A stretch of 64,000 bases of DNA. Source: Malacoraja senta (taxonomy: Eukaryota). A program made the translations under genes and the position numbers. The stretch spans positions 21,764,001 through 21,828,000 of the forward strand of contig CM075988.1 in assembly GCA_038087875.1 (NCBI GenBank), in the 5' to 3' direction. Shown here in pieces: positions 12,685 to 24,419 of this stretch. Every line of letters begins with the position of its first letter. The stretch's first letter is position 1. The notes below the pieces were generated by a model. It was given only the letters and a program-made list of their open reading frames with translations, did no database searches and was not told the origin of the DNA.

Positions 12685-13000
12685 AGGAACTGCAGATGCT
12701 GGTTGACACCGAAGCATAATCCAAGCATAATCCTGGTACAGACACAAAATGCTGGAGTAACTCAGCGGGACAGGCAGCATCTCTGGATAGAAGGAATGGA
12801 TGACATTTCGGGTCGAGACCCTTCTTCAGACTGTGTTACTCCAGCATTTTGTGTCTGTACCAGAATTATGCCTGGATTAGGGGACATTAACTACAAATTA
12901 ATTACAGGTTTGATGAAGGGGCCTCCACCCAAAACGTCACCTATTCCTTTTCTCCAGAGATGCTGCCAGACCCGGTGAGTTACTCCAGCCGAGTTACTCC
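12684..13000. mobile_element. Penelope-like terminal-repeat fragments (inverted) with a short CR1 piece
   Basis: GGAACTGCAGATGCTGG...CCCTTCTTCAGAC followed by opposite-orientation copies. Confidence 0.75.
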
Positions 13001-13281
13001 AACCTCTTCGTTAGTGGATAAACTCTTATAAATGAGCTAAAATCACAACTTTCTCCATTTATCAATTAGATTTAATTTAGTTGATAAAATATGTGGCTTT
13101 ATTGATTTCTTGGAACCAGAACAATTGTGACCATCATTGCACACTCTGAATGTCACGTTGTTGCATATCCCCGCACGTTCAGATTCTCAGCAGTTTAATT
13201 TAGCTTAGTTTAGAGAGACAGCGCAGAAACAGGCCCTTCGGCCCACCGAGCCCGCACCAACCAGCGATCCCCGCACGTTAA

Positions 13282-13521
13282 AGGGACTGTCCCACTTTTT
13301 CGGCAACTGCTGACATCATTCTCTGACATATCAGGTCACTGAAAAAGTCGCGGCGTGATGTGGCGTGACGTGGCGTGACGACGTATTGGCGCGCGGTGTT
13401 TCCTCAGGTTACGCAACTTTTTTTTTGTCGCCGCTGGATTTTGAAATGTTCTAAATCTTTTGGCGACCGTGATATGACGCCGGCAGCCGCCGAAAAAAAT
13501 CGCCAAGTTGGGACAGGCTCT
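13282..13521. mobile_element. Harbinger/PIF-type MITE nested in a SINE
   Basis: TAA TSD on both sides; ends AGGGACTGTCCCAC / TTGGGACAGGCTCT. Removing it restores the SINE sequence CCGCACGTTAACACTATCC. Confidence 0.85.
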
Positions 13522-13728
13522 TAACACTATCCTACACACACTAGGGACAATTTTTACATTTATACCAAGCCAATTAACCTACAAACCTGTCTGTCTTTGG
13601 AGTGCGGGAAGAAACCGAAGATCTCGGGGAAAACGCACAAGGGTCACGGGGAGAACGTACAAAGTCCGTACAGACAAGCACCCGTAGTCGGGATGGAACC
13701 CGGGTCTCTGGTGCTGTAATCGCTGTAA

Positions 13729-13972
13729 AGCCCCTGTCCCACTTGGGAGACCTAAACAGCAACCTCTGGTGGCCTTGCCCGTCACCCAAAAAAAAATCAA
13801 GGTCGAGGTGACCTGCAACCTCCTACCACCTCCCGCGCATATGTTGAAAACCTTCCTCGAAAACCGGCTTCGACTCGACCTGCGACTAAAAAATTATCGA
13901 TTTTTAAAATGGCAACCTATTTTTAGTCGGGACCGGTTTTAATCATGATGAAAAAATAGCAGCAACCTAGAT
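13729..13972. mobile_element. One-ended Harbinger-type MITE fragment in the same SINE
   Basis: TAA-AGCCCCTGTCCCAC left end; no right TIR; followed by a duplicated SINE segment (13973-14108). Confidence 0.65.
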
Positions 13973-14601
13973 GGAGAAAACACACGAGTGTCACGGGGAG
14001 AACGTACAAACTCTGTACGGACAAGCACCCGTAGTCGGGATGGAACCCGGGTCTCTGGCGCTGTAATCGCTGTAAGGCAACAACTCTACCGCTGCGCCAC
14101 CGTGCCACCCAGATGGTAATAAGTCTCCCTTTAACTGCCCGAGGAGCATCTCTTCCTTGAGCTCAGTGCAGCAGACCGATTGGAGCTGAATGGATTTTCA
14201 ATCTAGATAATAACTTTGTGCATTTACACAGTCCTGGATTCAAGTCAGGGTCAGTCCTGTGGTAATTAGTCGCTATTGAACAATGTAATAATTCCCCAAC
14301 GTGCCAACTAAATACTGTGACCAAATTCCTCACTATTTCACCCAGTTAAACTGATTTCCACACACACACATACATCCGATCTGTATCTGTGTGCATCTGT
14401 AGAATGCAGGAGAGTGTCTCGTAGTGACTGAGCACAGTGTGGCATGGAGGCGCAGTGGGAGAGTCGCTGCCTCAACTGCGCCAAGGACCCAGGGTCGATC
14501 CTGACCACAGGTGCTGTCTGTACGGAGTTTGTACGTTCTCCTTGTGACCGTGTGGGTTTTCTCCAGGTGCTCCGGTTTCCTCCCACATTCCAAAGACGTT
14601 A

Positions 14602-15151
14602 AGGGCCTGTCCCACCAGCATGCGACTGCATGCGGCGGGCTCGACCAAACGTGGTGGCTTGAGGCGTACGGCCTCGCGGGGCCGGTCCCACTTCCAACCG
14701 CGGAGCCGTATGGAGCTGGTCCCGACATCATACTCACCAATCAGCTGGGCAGGAGGCGGGCCGACTGAATTTGGACGGCGCACGGCGTCGGGCGGTTACG
14801 TCATCACGCAACGGCAGGCCGGGCGGTGATGTCATCGCGCAATGGCACGCGCTAGGTGTACACCGTCAAGACGCTGCGTTCGGCATCAAGACACTGCGTA
14901 CGGCGTCGAGGCAGTGCGTACGCCCGTCGAGGCGGTGCGTACGCCCGTCGAGGCGGTGCGTACGGCCTCAATGCGACAGCGGGCTGGCAGGCCGTTGCCG
15001 CGCGGAATTTTTGAACACTGTCAGTTTTTCGGAGCCCCGCGCGGTGTCGGGACCAGCTCCGCACAACTCCATGCAGCTCCGGCGATCGAAGTGGGACCGG
15101 CCCTGCGAGTCCCACAACTCCATGCAGTCGCATGCTCGTGGGACAGGCCCT
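14602..15151. mobile_element. Harbinger/PIF-type MITE nested in a SINE
   Basis: TTA TSD; TIR AGGGCCTGTCCCAC(C/G)AGCATGCGACTGCATG; CpG-rich interior with ~21-bp tandem units GCGTACGCCCGTCGAGGCGGT. Confidence 0.88.
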
Positions 15152-15697
15152 TTAAGGTTTGTAGATTAATTGGTCTCTGTAGAAAATGTCCCTAGTGTGT
15201 AAGATAGAACTAGTGTATTTGGTGATTACTGGTGGGCACAGACCCGTTGGGCCGAAGGGCCTGTTTCCACACTTAATGTGTGGGTGCGGGATGAAGCTTG
15301 ACACATGATAGGTGGGTGCAAGTGAGGGGTTGCCGGTTGATTGGAAGATATGCGTAGTTTGTACGTTCTCCCCGTGACCTGCGTGGGTTTTCTCCGGGTG
15401 CTCCGGTTCCCCCCCACACTCCAAAGACGTACAGGTTTGTAGGTTAATTGGCTTCGGTAAATATGGAAATTGTCCCCAGTGTGTAGGATAGTGCTAGTGT
15501 ACAGGGAGATCGCAGGTCGGCACGGACTCGGTGGGCCGAAGGGCCTGTTTCCATGCTGTATCTCTCAATTCTAAAGACTAACGTGCCAGTACACAGTCCT
15601 GCCCACTGTGTTTTGGTTGCAAGCACTCAGACTGTGACCCAGTGCAAGATATGAAGCCAAAGCATGAGGCTCAAAGGAAACAAGCTTTGTCTTGTGG

Positions 15698-15945
15698 ATA
15701 GAGACAAAATACTGGAGTAACTCAGCGGGACAGGCAGCATCTCTGCGGAGAGAAGGAATGGGTGACGTTTCGGGTCGAGACGCTTCTACAGACTGAAGAC
15801 TTCTTCAGACTTCAATCTGAAGAATGGTCTCGACCCGATACGTCACCGATTCCTTCTCCCCAGAGGTGCTGCCTGTCCCGCTGAGTTACTCCAGCATTTA
15901 ATGTCCACCTTCGGTTTAAGCCAGCACCTGCAGTTCCTTCCTACA
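15698..15945. mobile_element. Inverted pair of Penelope-like terminal repeats
   Basis: ~95-bp arms CTGGAGTAACTCAGCGGGACAGGCAGCA... / ...TGCTGCCTGTCCCGCTGAGTTACTCCAG. Confidence 0.8.
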
Positions 15946-16097
15946 GCTTTGTCTTCTTGTAAATGAGCAGCAGACAGCTGGTCAATGCACGGAGACATTA
16001 ATGGGGAATGGTTTCGACGTGCGGCAAGGCAGCTTGACAATAACGGGAGCAGAATTTGTAGCTCTTTCACCAGGTTAGATTGATGATCTTTTATTCT

Positions 16098-16110
16098 GTT
16101 GCTAGGCAAC
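16098..16110. promoter_or_regulatory. RFX X-box
   Basis: GTTGCTAGGCAAC within the palindrome TTCTGTTGC-TAG-GCAACAGAA in unique DNA. Confidence 0.5.
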
Positions 16111-16323
16111 AGAAGATATTAGAATTTTAATATTGGAGGTTATTGGCATTCTGCTGGCAGTGAGTGCTGGGCGCGAGAGGATCACGGACATTCCCCCCTC
16201 ACCCTCCTCATCTCTAATTTATTCCTAATTGGCAATTAGCGTGCAGTTGAGATCGGTACGAAAGGGAAACTTGTGGATACTGAAAATCTGCGATAAAAAA
16301 ACCAGGGATTGCTGACAATACTC

Positions 16324-17024
16324 AGAGAGGGAGAGGGAGAGGGAGAGAGAGAGGGAGGGAGGGAGAGAGGGAGGGAGAGAGGGAGGGAGAGAGGGAGGGG
16401 GAGAGTGATGGGGAGGGAGAGAGGGAGAGGGAGGGAGAGGGAGGGAGTGGGAGGGAGAGGGAGGGAGGGAGAGGGAGGGAGGGAGAGGGAGGGAGGGAGA
16501 GGGAGAGGAGAGACAGCGGGAGGGAGAGGGAGAGGGAGAGGGAGAGGGAGAGGGAGAGGGAGGGGGAGAGGGAGAGGGAGAGAGGGAGAGAGGGAGAGAG
16601 GGACAGAGGGAGGGAGAGGGAGAGGGAGGGAGGGAGGGAGAGAGAGGGAGGGAGAGGGAGGGAGGGAGGGAGAGAGAGGGAGGGAGGGAGAGAGAGGGAG
16701 GGAGAGGGAGGGAGAGAGGGAGTGGAGAGACAGAGGGAGGGAGAGAGGGAGAGAGGGAGAGAGGGAGAGAGAGAGAGGGAGAGGGAGAGGGAGAGAGGGA
16801 GAGGGAGAGAGGGAGAGGGAGAGGGAGAGGGAGAGGGAGAGGGAGAGGGAGAGGGAGAGGGAGAGGGAGAGGGAGAGGGAGAGGGAGAGGGAGAGGGAGA
16901 GGGAGAGGGAGAGGGAGAGGGAGAGGGAGAGGGAGAGGGAGAGGGAGAGGGAGAGGGAGAGGGAGAGGGAGAGGGAGAGGGAGAGGGAGAGAGGGAGGGG
17001 GAGAGAGAGGGAGAGAGGAGAGAC
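16324..17024 (+). repeat. (GGGAGA)n polypurine microsatellite
   Basis: Directly visible. Confidence 0.97.
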
Positions 17025-17673
17025 TGAACTACTTTCAGCCCTACGACCTTTCAGCAGCTCTAGATTGGTGTCAGAATTTGATTTAAAAAGTGCAAAGGCT
17101 GGGAAGCAGAAAATCAGATGACAGAAAATACAATTTACACCGGTAAAATTGAAATCATATTAACCTAAGAGTAGAGATAAGTTTGCAATCCTGAATACCC
17201 TTTCAATGTGTGTGTATTATTAGTCAGAACCTTTATCCCTTCAATAGTGGAATCGTTCAGTTATTATTGTTAGCTGCAAGGTCACTGTTCTAATATATCG
17301 CTTCAATCAAATTTATCATTAAAATTCCTCTCTTTCTCTGTGGCGACTCCTTGGAATAGACAGACAATGGCTTGCTTCCACAGCCAGAAGGTATTGTACT
17401 GTCCATTTGAGTGACAAAAGCAATTGTGCCCATGGTTACATCTATCTTCTGAAGGTAATATAACTGCTTAATAACGCAATGATCCAGTTATTAAGTTCGA
17501 CTGCACGGCTCAATGCTAAACTCTTCAAATTTAAATAACTCACTCTTTCTTTCTCCATGTGCTGGCTACTTTTGTCTGACATGATCTGCGCGAGATAACC
17601 ACTTATGAGGTGTTTGCGGAGTAATCAACCAGATCTTGCCTCCGTTTCTCCCTGTTTTTTATCTTCTTTGCAG

Positions 17674-17855
17674 GGGAGAGACAAGACTTTGCCTTCCATC
17701 ACAGTGAGGAGGAGATTCGCTGTGATGGATGTTTGTGTAAATTGTGTTGTGTGTGTTGGTTCTTTTTACTTGTTTGTACGACTGCAGAAACAGAATTTTG
17801 TTTGAACTTTGGTTCAAATGACAACAAATAAATATCTATCTATCTATCTATCTAT
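17674..17855 (+). mobile_element. Short retroposed element with internal hairpin and (TCTA)n tail
   Basis: GCCTTCCATCACAGTGA-loop-TCGCTGTGATGGATG, then T-rich 3' region ending TGACAACAAATAAA(TCTA)n. Confidence 0.6.
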
Positions 17856-17913
17856 ACTAGCCTGTTCGGTACTCCCACAATCTCACCATTAACGACACCT
17901 TACATTTACACCT

Positions 17914-18485
17914 CACGCTGCCTGGGCAAGGCCGGCAGCATAATCAGTCACACCCCGACCACTACCTCTATCTCCCCTCTCCCATCAGGCAAGAGGTACA
18001 GAAGTGTGAAAACGCACACCTCCAGATTCATCAATATCAATATCAATCAATATCAGTTTTATTCCTCACTTGCACGTATAGTGCAAGTGAAATGAATTTG
18101 CCAGCAGCGGTACAATGAAAAAAGAACACACAAAAACACAATGCAAATATTTAACACAAATATCCACCACAGCATTCATCACTGGACAGATTCATGGACA
18201 GTTTCTTCCCAGCTGTTATTAGGCAACTGAACCATCCTACCACAACCAGAGAGAGCAGTCCTGAACTTCTATCTACCTCATTGGAGACCCTCGGACTGTC
18301 TTTGATCCGACTTTACTGGACTTTATCCAGCACTAAAAGTTGCTCTCATTGTCCCCTCTAATCATGTATCTGTACACTGTGGATGGCTCAGTTGTAATCA
18401 TGTGTTGTCTTTCCGCTGACTGGTTAGCACGCAACAAAGGCTTTTCACTGTAGCTCGGTACACGTGGCAATAAACTCAACTCAAA
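17914..18485 (+). mobile_element. Rex1/Babar-type LINE 3' fragment with nested insertion at 18032-18186
   Basis: Encodes ...SPLPSGKRYRSVKTHTSRF...; the nested element is flanked by a CAGATTCAT TSD. Confidence 0.75.
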
Positions 18486-18944
18486 TACGTTTGATCGGAT
18501 TTTAGCCACTTATCTTCCATATTATGCCACGTCATGGCCCAACTTATCAGAGAAAGATCACAACCTATTTCAGTCTAAAGGAGGGTCCCAACACGAAATA
18601 TCGTCTGTCCATTTCCTTCCCGACAAGCTGCCTGAATAATAGACTAAACTAAACTAAACAGTGCCCCGACCTCACCAATGATCCACCATGGCTTTTGTTC
18701 ATGGCACACTACGCACCTCGGTTTGCACTATTATGGTCTGGTTACCAAGTGTTGGAAAGCACGGTGGCGCAGCAGCAGAGTTGCTGCCGCACAGCGCCAG
18801 AGACCCGTGTTCGATCCTGACTACGGGTGCTGATTGTGTGGAGTTTGCACGTTCTCCCCGTGACTGCGCGGGTTTCCTCCAGATTTCTCCAGTTTCCTCC
18901 CGTACGGGTTTGTAGATTAATTGGCCCTCTGTAATTTCCCCTGA

Positions 18945-19340
18945 GGTGGGACCTCATTGAAGCTCACCGAATAGTGAAAGGCCTGGATAGAGTAGACGTG
19001 GAGAGGATGTTTCCACTAGTGGGAGAGTCTAGGAACAGAGGCCATAGTCTCAGAATAAAAGGCCGTACCTTTAGAAAAGAGATGAAGAGGGATTTCTTTA
19101 GTCAGAGGGGGGTGAATCTGTGGAATTCATTGCCACAGAAGGATGTGGAGGCCAAGTCAATGGATATTTTTATGATGGAGATTGACAGATAATTGATTAT
19201 AATGGGTGTCAGGGTTTATGGGGAGAAGGCAGGAGAAGGGAGAAAGTAGAGGGAGAGATAGATCAGCCACGATTGAATGGCAGAGTAGAGTTGATTGGCC
19301 GAATGGGCTAATTCTGCTCCTGGAACTTTTGAACATGTGA
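18945..19340 (+). mobile_element. CR1 LINE 3' fragment
   Basis: ORF KGLDRVDVERMFPLVGESRNRGHSLRIKG...LWNSLPQ plus 3' UTR. Confidence 0.9.
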
Positions 19341-20077
19341 ACTGAATGTGCAGAAATGCTCAGCCAGCAATCCCATGTTCAGACAGCCCTGAGCCTTTTA
19401 CTCATCGCAGGGATCCATCACAAGTCAGAATGAAGGAAGACACAAAAACTGGAGTAACTTAGCAGGTTAGGCAGCATCTCTGAAGAGATGGAATGGGTGA
19501 CGTTTCAGGTCGAGACGCTTAGAGTCATGGAGTCATAGACTGATACAGTATGGAAACAGGCCCTTCGGCCCAACTAGTCGCACCTGCCTGCGCTTGGTCC
19601 AGAACCCTCCAAACCTGTCCTATCCATGTACCTGTCCAACTGTTTCTTAAACGAAGGGACTGTCCCAGCCACAACTACCTCCTCTGGCAGCTTGCTCCAT
19701 ACACCCACCACCCTCTATATGAAAAAGTTACCCCTCGGATTCAGACTGAAGAAGGGCCTCGACCCGAAGCGTCATCCATTCCTTCCTACACAAGTCAGAA
19801 TGAAATCTCTTCATCAAAGTCTTTCCCCATCTTACGTAGCCTGTAGAGATGTGAAATCTCTCCCCATCCATCAGTGTGAGGCATGGGTTAAGTCCGCACA
19901 TCCTGACTTTTTTTTTAAACATTACTCTTATAACGTTAACATTTAAATTCTATGTAAGCCATTACATTCCTTGCAGCTGTCTAACTCGTGATAACACGAG
20001 CGTCCCATTAGTAATTTATCTGGCCTTTCAAGCATCATTAGCTCTTGTGTTTGTGTTGTGTCCATGCAGTAGTAACG

Positions 20078-20315
20078 CTTCCTTCACCAGTAAACCATGG
20101 AAGATTCTGGAATCTTCCTTCACCAGTAAACCATGGAAGATTCCAGTAAACCATGGAAGATTCTGGAATCTTCCTTCACCAGTAAACCATGGAAGATTCT
20201 GGAATCTTCCTTCACCAGTAAACCATGGAAGATTCTGGAATCTTCCTTCACCAGTAAACCATGGAAGATTCTGGAATCTTCCTTCACCAGTAAACCATGG
20301 AAGATTCTGGAATCT
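20078..20315. repeat. 36-bp tandem repeat containing perfect heat-shock elements
   Basis: Unit CTTCCTTCACCAGTAAACCATGGAAGATTCTGGAAT; junctions give gGAAgaTTCtgGAAtcTTCc. Confidence 0.95.
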
Positions 20316-22271
20316 CACAGGATTGTGCCACTGGCTTTTCAAACATGGCTTGCAAACTCGGATTTCATAGAGTTAGGTAAAGTGGGTTATATTGACCCAA
20401 ATACAAAGTGCTGGGGGAACTCAGTGGGTCGGGCAGCATCTGTGGAGGGAATGGACAGGCGACGTATCGGGTCGGGACCCTTCTTCAGATTGTAGTGAGG
20501 TGGGGGAGCTGGAAAAGAGAGGAGGGGGTGGGGCAAGGCCCGACCGCCTCTGTATTATGGGGGAAACGCCTCCTGCAGCCGACCTTCAAGGCCCTGGAGA
20601 CAATACCCTGGTCCCTCTTCCACCGGCCCCCTCCTCAATTCTCCCGTCTTCGGGGGCCGAAGACTATATGACTATTTAATCGTCAACCATTAAAGAAGTC
20701 AAGTCTGTATAATTTTCCACCTCATCTTCTCTCTATCCTCTCATTCGTTTAAATGGCCCTATTTATCATTCAGCCTCTTGTTCATGTCAGGTGTGTAGAG
20801 TTAAGTTTAGTTACGGATACAGCGCAGAAACAGGCCCTTCGGCCCACCGAGTCCACGCTGACCAGCGATCACCAATCCACTAGCACACACTACACACAAT
20901 GGGCAAGTTTACAATTCTGTCCAAAGCCAATTAACCTGCACATCTTTGGAGTGTGGGTGGAAACCGGAGCAGCTGGAGAAAACCCACGCAGGTCACGGGG
21001 AGAACGTACAAACTCCGTACAGACAGCACCCGTAGTTAGGATCGAACCCGGGTCTCTGGCGCTGTAAGGTAGCAACTCTACCGCTGCGCCACCGTGCGGC
21101 CCTTGTCGTAACGCACAAAGATGGGTCTTTCGGCCCACCAGGTCTATGCCTATCTTTTTGCCCATCTACACTAATCCCACTTGTCCGCTTTAGCACTATA
21201 TCGATCTGTGGTTTGCCTATTTAAGTGTTTGTCTAAGAGCCTTTTAAACGTAGAGATTTATATCTGATTCTACCACGTCCTCTGACACCATGTTCCAGAT
21301 ATCAATTACTCTTTGTATAAAAAAACGTACTCCTCAGATCCCGCTAAAACTCCTTCCTCTCACCTTAATCCAAGCCCTCTTGTTTTTGATGCCCCTCCCA
21401 TGGGAAAGAGATCATGCATCTCATGATCTTATATACTTCTATCCGGTCATCCTTCAACCTTCTACGCTCCAAGGAAAACAAACCCAGCCTATCTGGCATT
21501 CTCTGGATGCTTTCAAGAGAGAGCTAGATAAGGCTCTTAAAAATAGCGGAGTCAAGGGATATGGGGAGAAGGCAGGAACGGGGTACTGATTGGGGATGAT
21601 CAGCCATGATCACATTGAATGGCGGTGCTGGCTCAAAGGGCCAAATGGCCTACTCCTGCACCTATTGTCTATTGTCTATCCATTTCTCCCCATAACCAAT
21701 GTCCTCCAATCCCGGCAATATAAACTAATAGCATCATCCTGCACAGAAAAAGGCCCTTCGGCCCCACTTGCCCTCGCCAACCAAGATGCCCCATCTACAC
21801 CAGTCCCGTCTCCTTGTGTTTGTCCCATATCCTTATAAACCTTTCCCATCCATATACCGGTCCAAATCTCTTCTAAATGTTGTGATAGTGCCTTCCCCAG
21901 CTACCTCCTCTGGCAGCTCATTCCATTTACCCACTATTGCCCCTCAGCTTCCTATTACATCTTACCCCCCCCCCCCCCCCTTCACCTTAACGCTCTGACC
22001 TATGGTTCTTGATTCCCCTACTCTGGGCGAAAGAGGGGAGTGGATCATGTTCATTTACCCAACCTAGTCCCCTCATGATCTTACACACCTCTATAAGTTC
22101 ACCCCTCATCCTCCTGCGCTCCGAGGAATAAAGTCCTAGTCTGCTCATTCTTCTCCCTACAGCTCAGGCCCTCTAGTCCTGGCAACATCCGCGTAACCCT
22201 GTTCTGCACTCTTTCCAGCTTAAGTAACAGGATGAGCAAAACTTTACACAAAACTCCAAATATGCCCTCAC

Positions 22272-22726
22272 CAACACTGCCCAGTCCATCGTCGGCTCTG
22301 ACCTCCCTACCATCGAGGGGATCTATCACAGTCGCTGCCTCAAAAAGGCTGGCAGTATCATCAAGGACCCACACCATCCTGGCCACACACTCATCTCCCT
22401 GCTACCTTCAGGTAGAAGATACAGGAGCCTGAAGACTGCAACGTCCAGGTTCAGAAACAGCTTCTTCCCCACAGCCATCAGGCTATTGAACTCAACTCAA
22501 ACAAAACTCTGAACATTAATAACCCATTATCTGTTTATTTCTACTTTATCTGTTTTATTTATTCATGTGTGTATATATTTATATAATGGTATATGGACAC
22601 ACTGATCTGTTCTGTATTCATGCCTTCTATATCCTGTTGTGCTGAAGCAAAGCAAGAATTTCATTGTCCTATCTGGGACACATGACAATAAACTCTCTTG
22701 AATCTCTCTTGAATCTTGAATCTTGA
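22272..22726 (+). mobile_element. Rex1/Babar-type LINE 3' fragment
   Basis: Closely similar to 37200-37638; (CTTGAAT)n tail. Confidence 0.85.
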
Positions 22727-23461
22727 ACCAATGTCTTGTACGACTGTAACATAGCAACACAAGTTCGATACTCATGCTGGAGTATTGAACGCGTTTTTAC
22801 AGTATGTTGCAGTTGTACAAGACATTGGTGCAGCATCTCTGGATGAAAGGAATAGGTGGCGTTTCAGGTCGAGACCTTTCTTCAGACTGAGAGTCAGGGA
22901 AGAGGGAAACTCAAAAGTATGAAAAGGTGCAGAACAAATCAGCGATAGCCAATGAGCCCACAATGGTCCATTGTTGGCTGTGGCAGATGTGATAATGAAG
23001 GGATTATAAACAGTACAACTAGCAGGATGACTAGGGTGGGGGAGGGACTGAGAGAGAGGGAATGCAAGGGTTACTCAATACTCTAAGATAGACATTAAAA
23101 AGTCTGGAGTAACTCAACGGGTTAAGCAGAATTAAACAGAAACCTCTCATCATGTTTATGTTTACCGCTGGGATTGTCTGAATTTCTCTTTAAGAGTGTA
23201 AGCTTATAAAGTTGCAGTAGTGTTGAGACCCTCTAAAAACTGTTGAATGTCACCATTTTACTTTAGTTCAGTTTAGTTTAGAGAAACAGGCCCTTTGGCC
23301 CACACACTAACACTATCCTACACACACTAGGGACAATTTACATTTATACCAAGCCAGTCAACCTACAAACCTGCACGTCTTTGGAGTGTGAGAGGAATCT
23401 GAAGATCTCGAAGAAAACCCATGCAGGTCACGGGGAGAACGTACAAACTCCGTACAGACAA

Positions 23462-23834
23462 TAATAATAATAATAATAATCATTTTATTTACTGGCGCCT
23501 TTCTAAAACCGAAGGACACCTTACAATGCATAGAATCACAACAAAACAAAAAAAAACACATAATCGGAATAAATTAAATAAAAAAACACCACAGTACACA
23601 AATCAAGGACAGAATTCAATTTCAAAAGCACCAAAAGAAAATAAGAAACACAATTTGAGGAGAGAGCAGCGGTGACCAATTCGCGCCAGCGTCCACTCTC
23701 CCCTCCGACTGCCATCTTGTACACGGACTGACAGGCACAGGCACAGGCACAGCACACAAAATCATCCCCCCACAATGACCACCACTGTGGGGGAAGGCAC
23801 AATGTCCAGTCCCCAACCCAGTTCTCTCCAGAGT
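23462..23834 (-). mobile_element. Short retroposed element with L2-type tail nested in a SINE
   Basis: CAGACAA TSD; minus-strand 3' end GTAAGGTGTCCTTCGG...GAAAGGCGCC...AATAAAATG(ATT)n. Confidence 0.75.
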
Positions 23835-24419
23835 CAGACAAGCACCCGTGGTCAGGATTGAACCCTGGCCTCTGGCGCTGTGAGGGAGCAACTCTACCGC
23901 TGCGCCGCTGCGCCGGCCCATACCATTTATTCAGATCAATCACCGAACTGAAAAATAATCTGGACTATTTCGTTCAGTCTAATGATTTTATTTTGTGGTA
24001 ATAAAGCTTGAAATGTTGCGAGTCTTTAATAATCGGAAGCATGAATGGCTTCAATAATAGCATTTGTTTTACAATCAGACATGGCTCATCAGGGTCTAAG
24101 ATCTTCAGAAGAGGGAAAGCTTTTGTAGAAATTAAATGGATGGGATAGGTAGAGGCAAATAGAGTTTAACATGCATAAATGTAAATTAATGCACATTGGT
24201 GCAGATTAATTGTCAGCCGTTTGCATAATACATGAATGTCACAGGAAAGGGGAGGACAGATGATTTGCAAGCATTGAAGAATACCCTGCCAATGTGAACT
24301 TCTTGTCAACATGGCTTGTCCAGTATGTGGCTGGATTCTGAGAATGCGATCAGGAGAGGAGGTGATTTTATCCCAGTGTGGTCGCTTGGGTGGAGCTGCC
24401 TTTGGAGTATTATTTAGTA

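Noticed and set aside
13278..13524. TTAA-target (piggyBac/Kolobok) assignment for the MITEs
   Set aside because: The 14602 copy has TTA on both sides but not TTAA, which fits a 3-bp TWA duplication (Harbinger).
16309..17121. 270-aa Arg/Glu/Gly ORF
   Set aside because: (GGGAGA)n microsatellite.
17641..17685. Strong plus-strand splice acceptor (polypyrimidine tract + GCAG)
   Set aside because: Runs directly into a repeat with no convincing donor; cannot support an exon.
20078..20315. CRISPR-like palindromic repeats
   Set aside because: Intervening sequences are identical, there are no cas genes, and the context is vertebrate; it is a tandem repeat.
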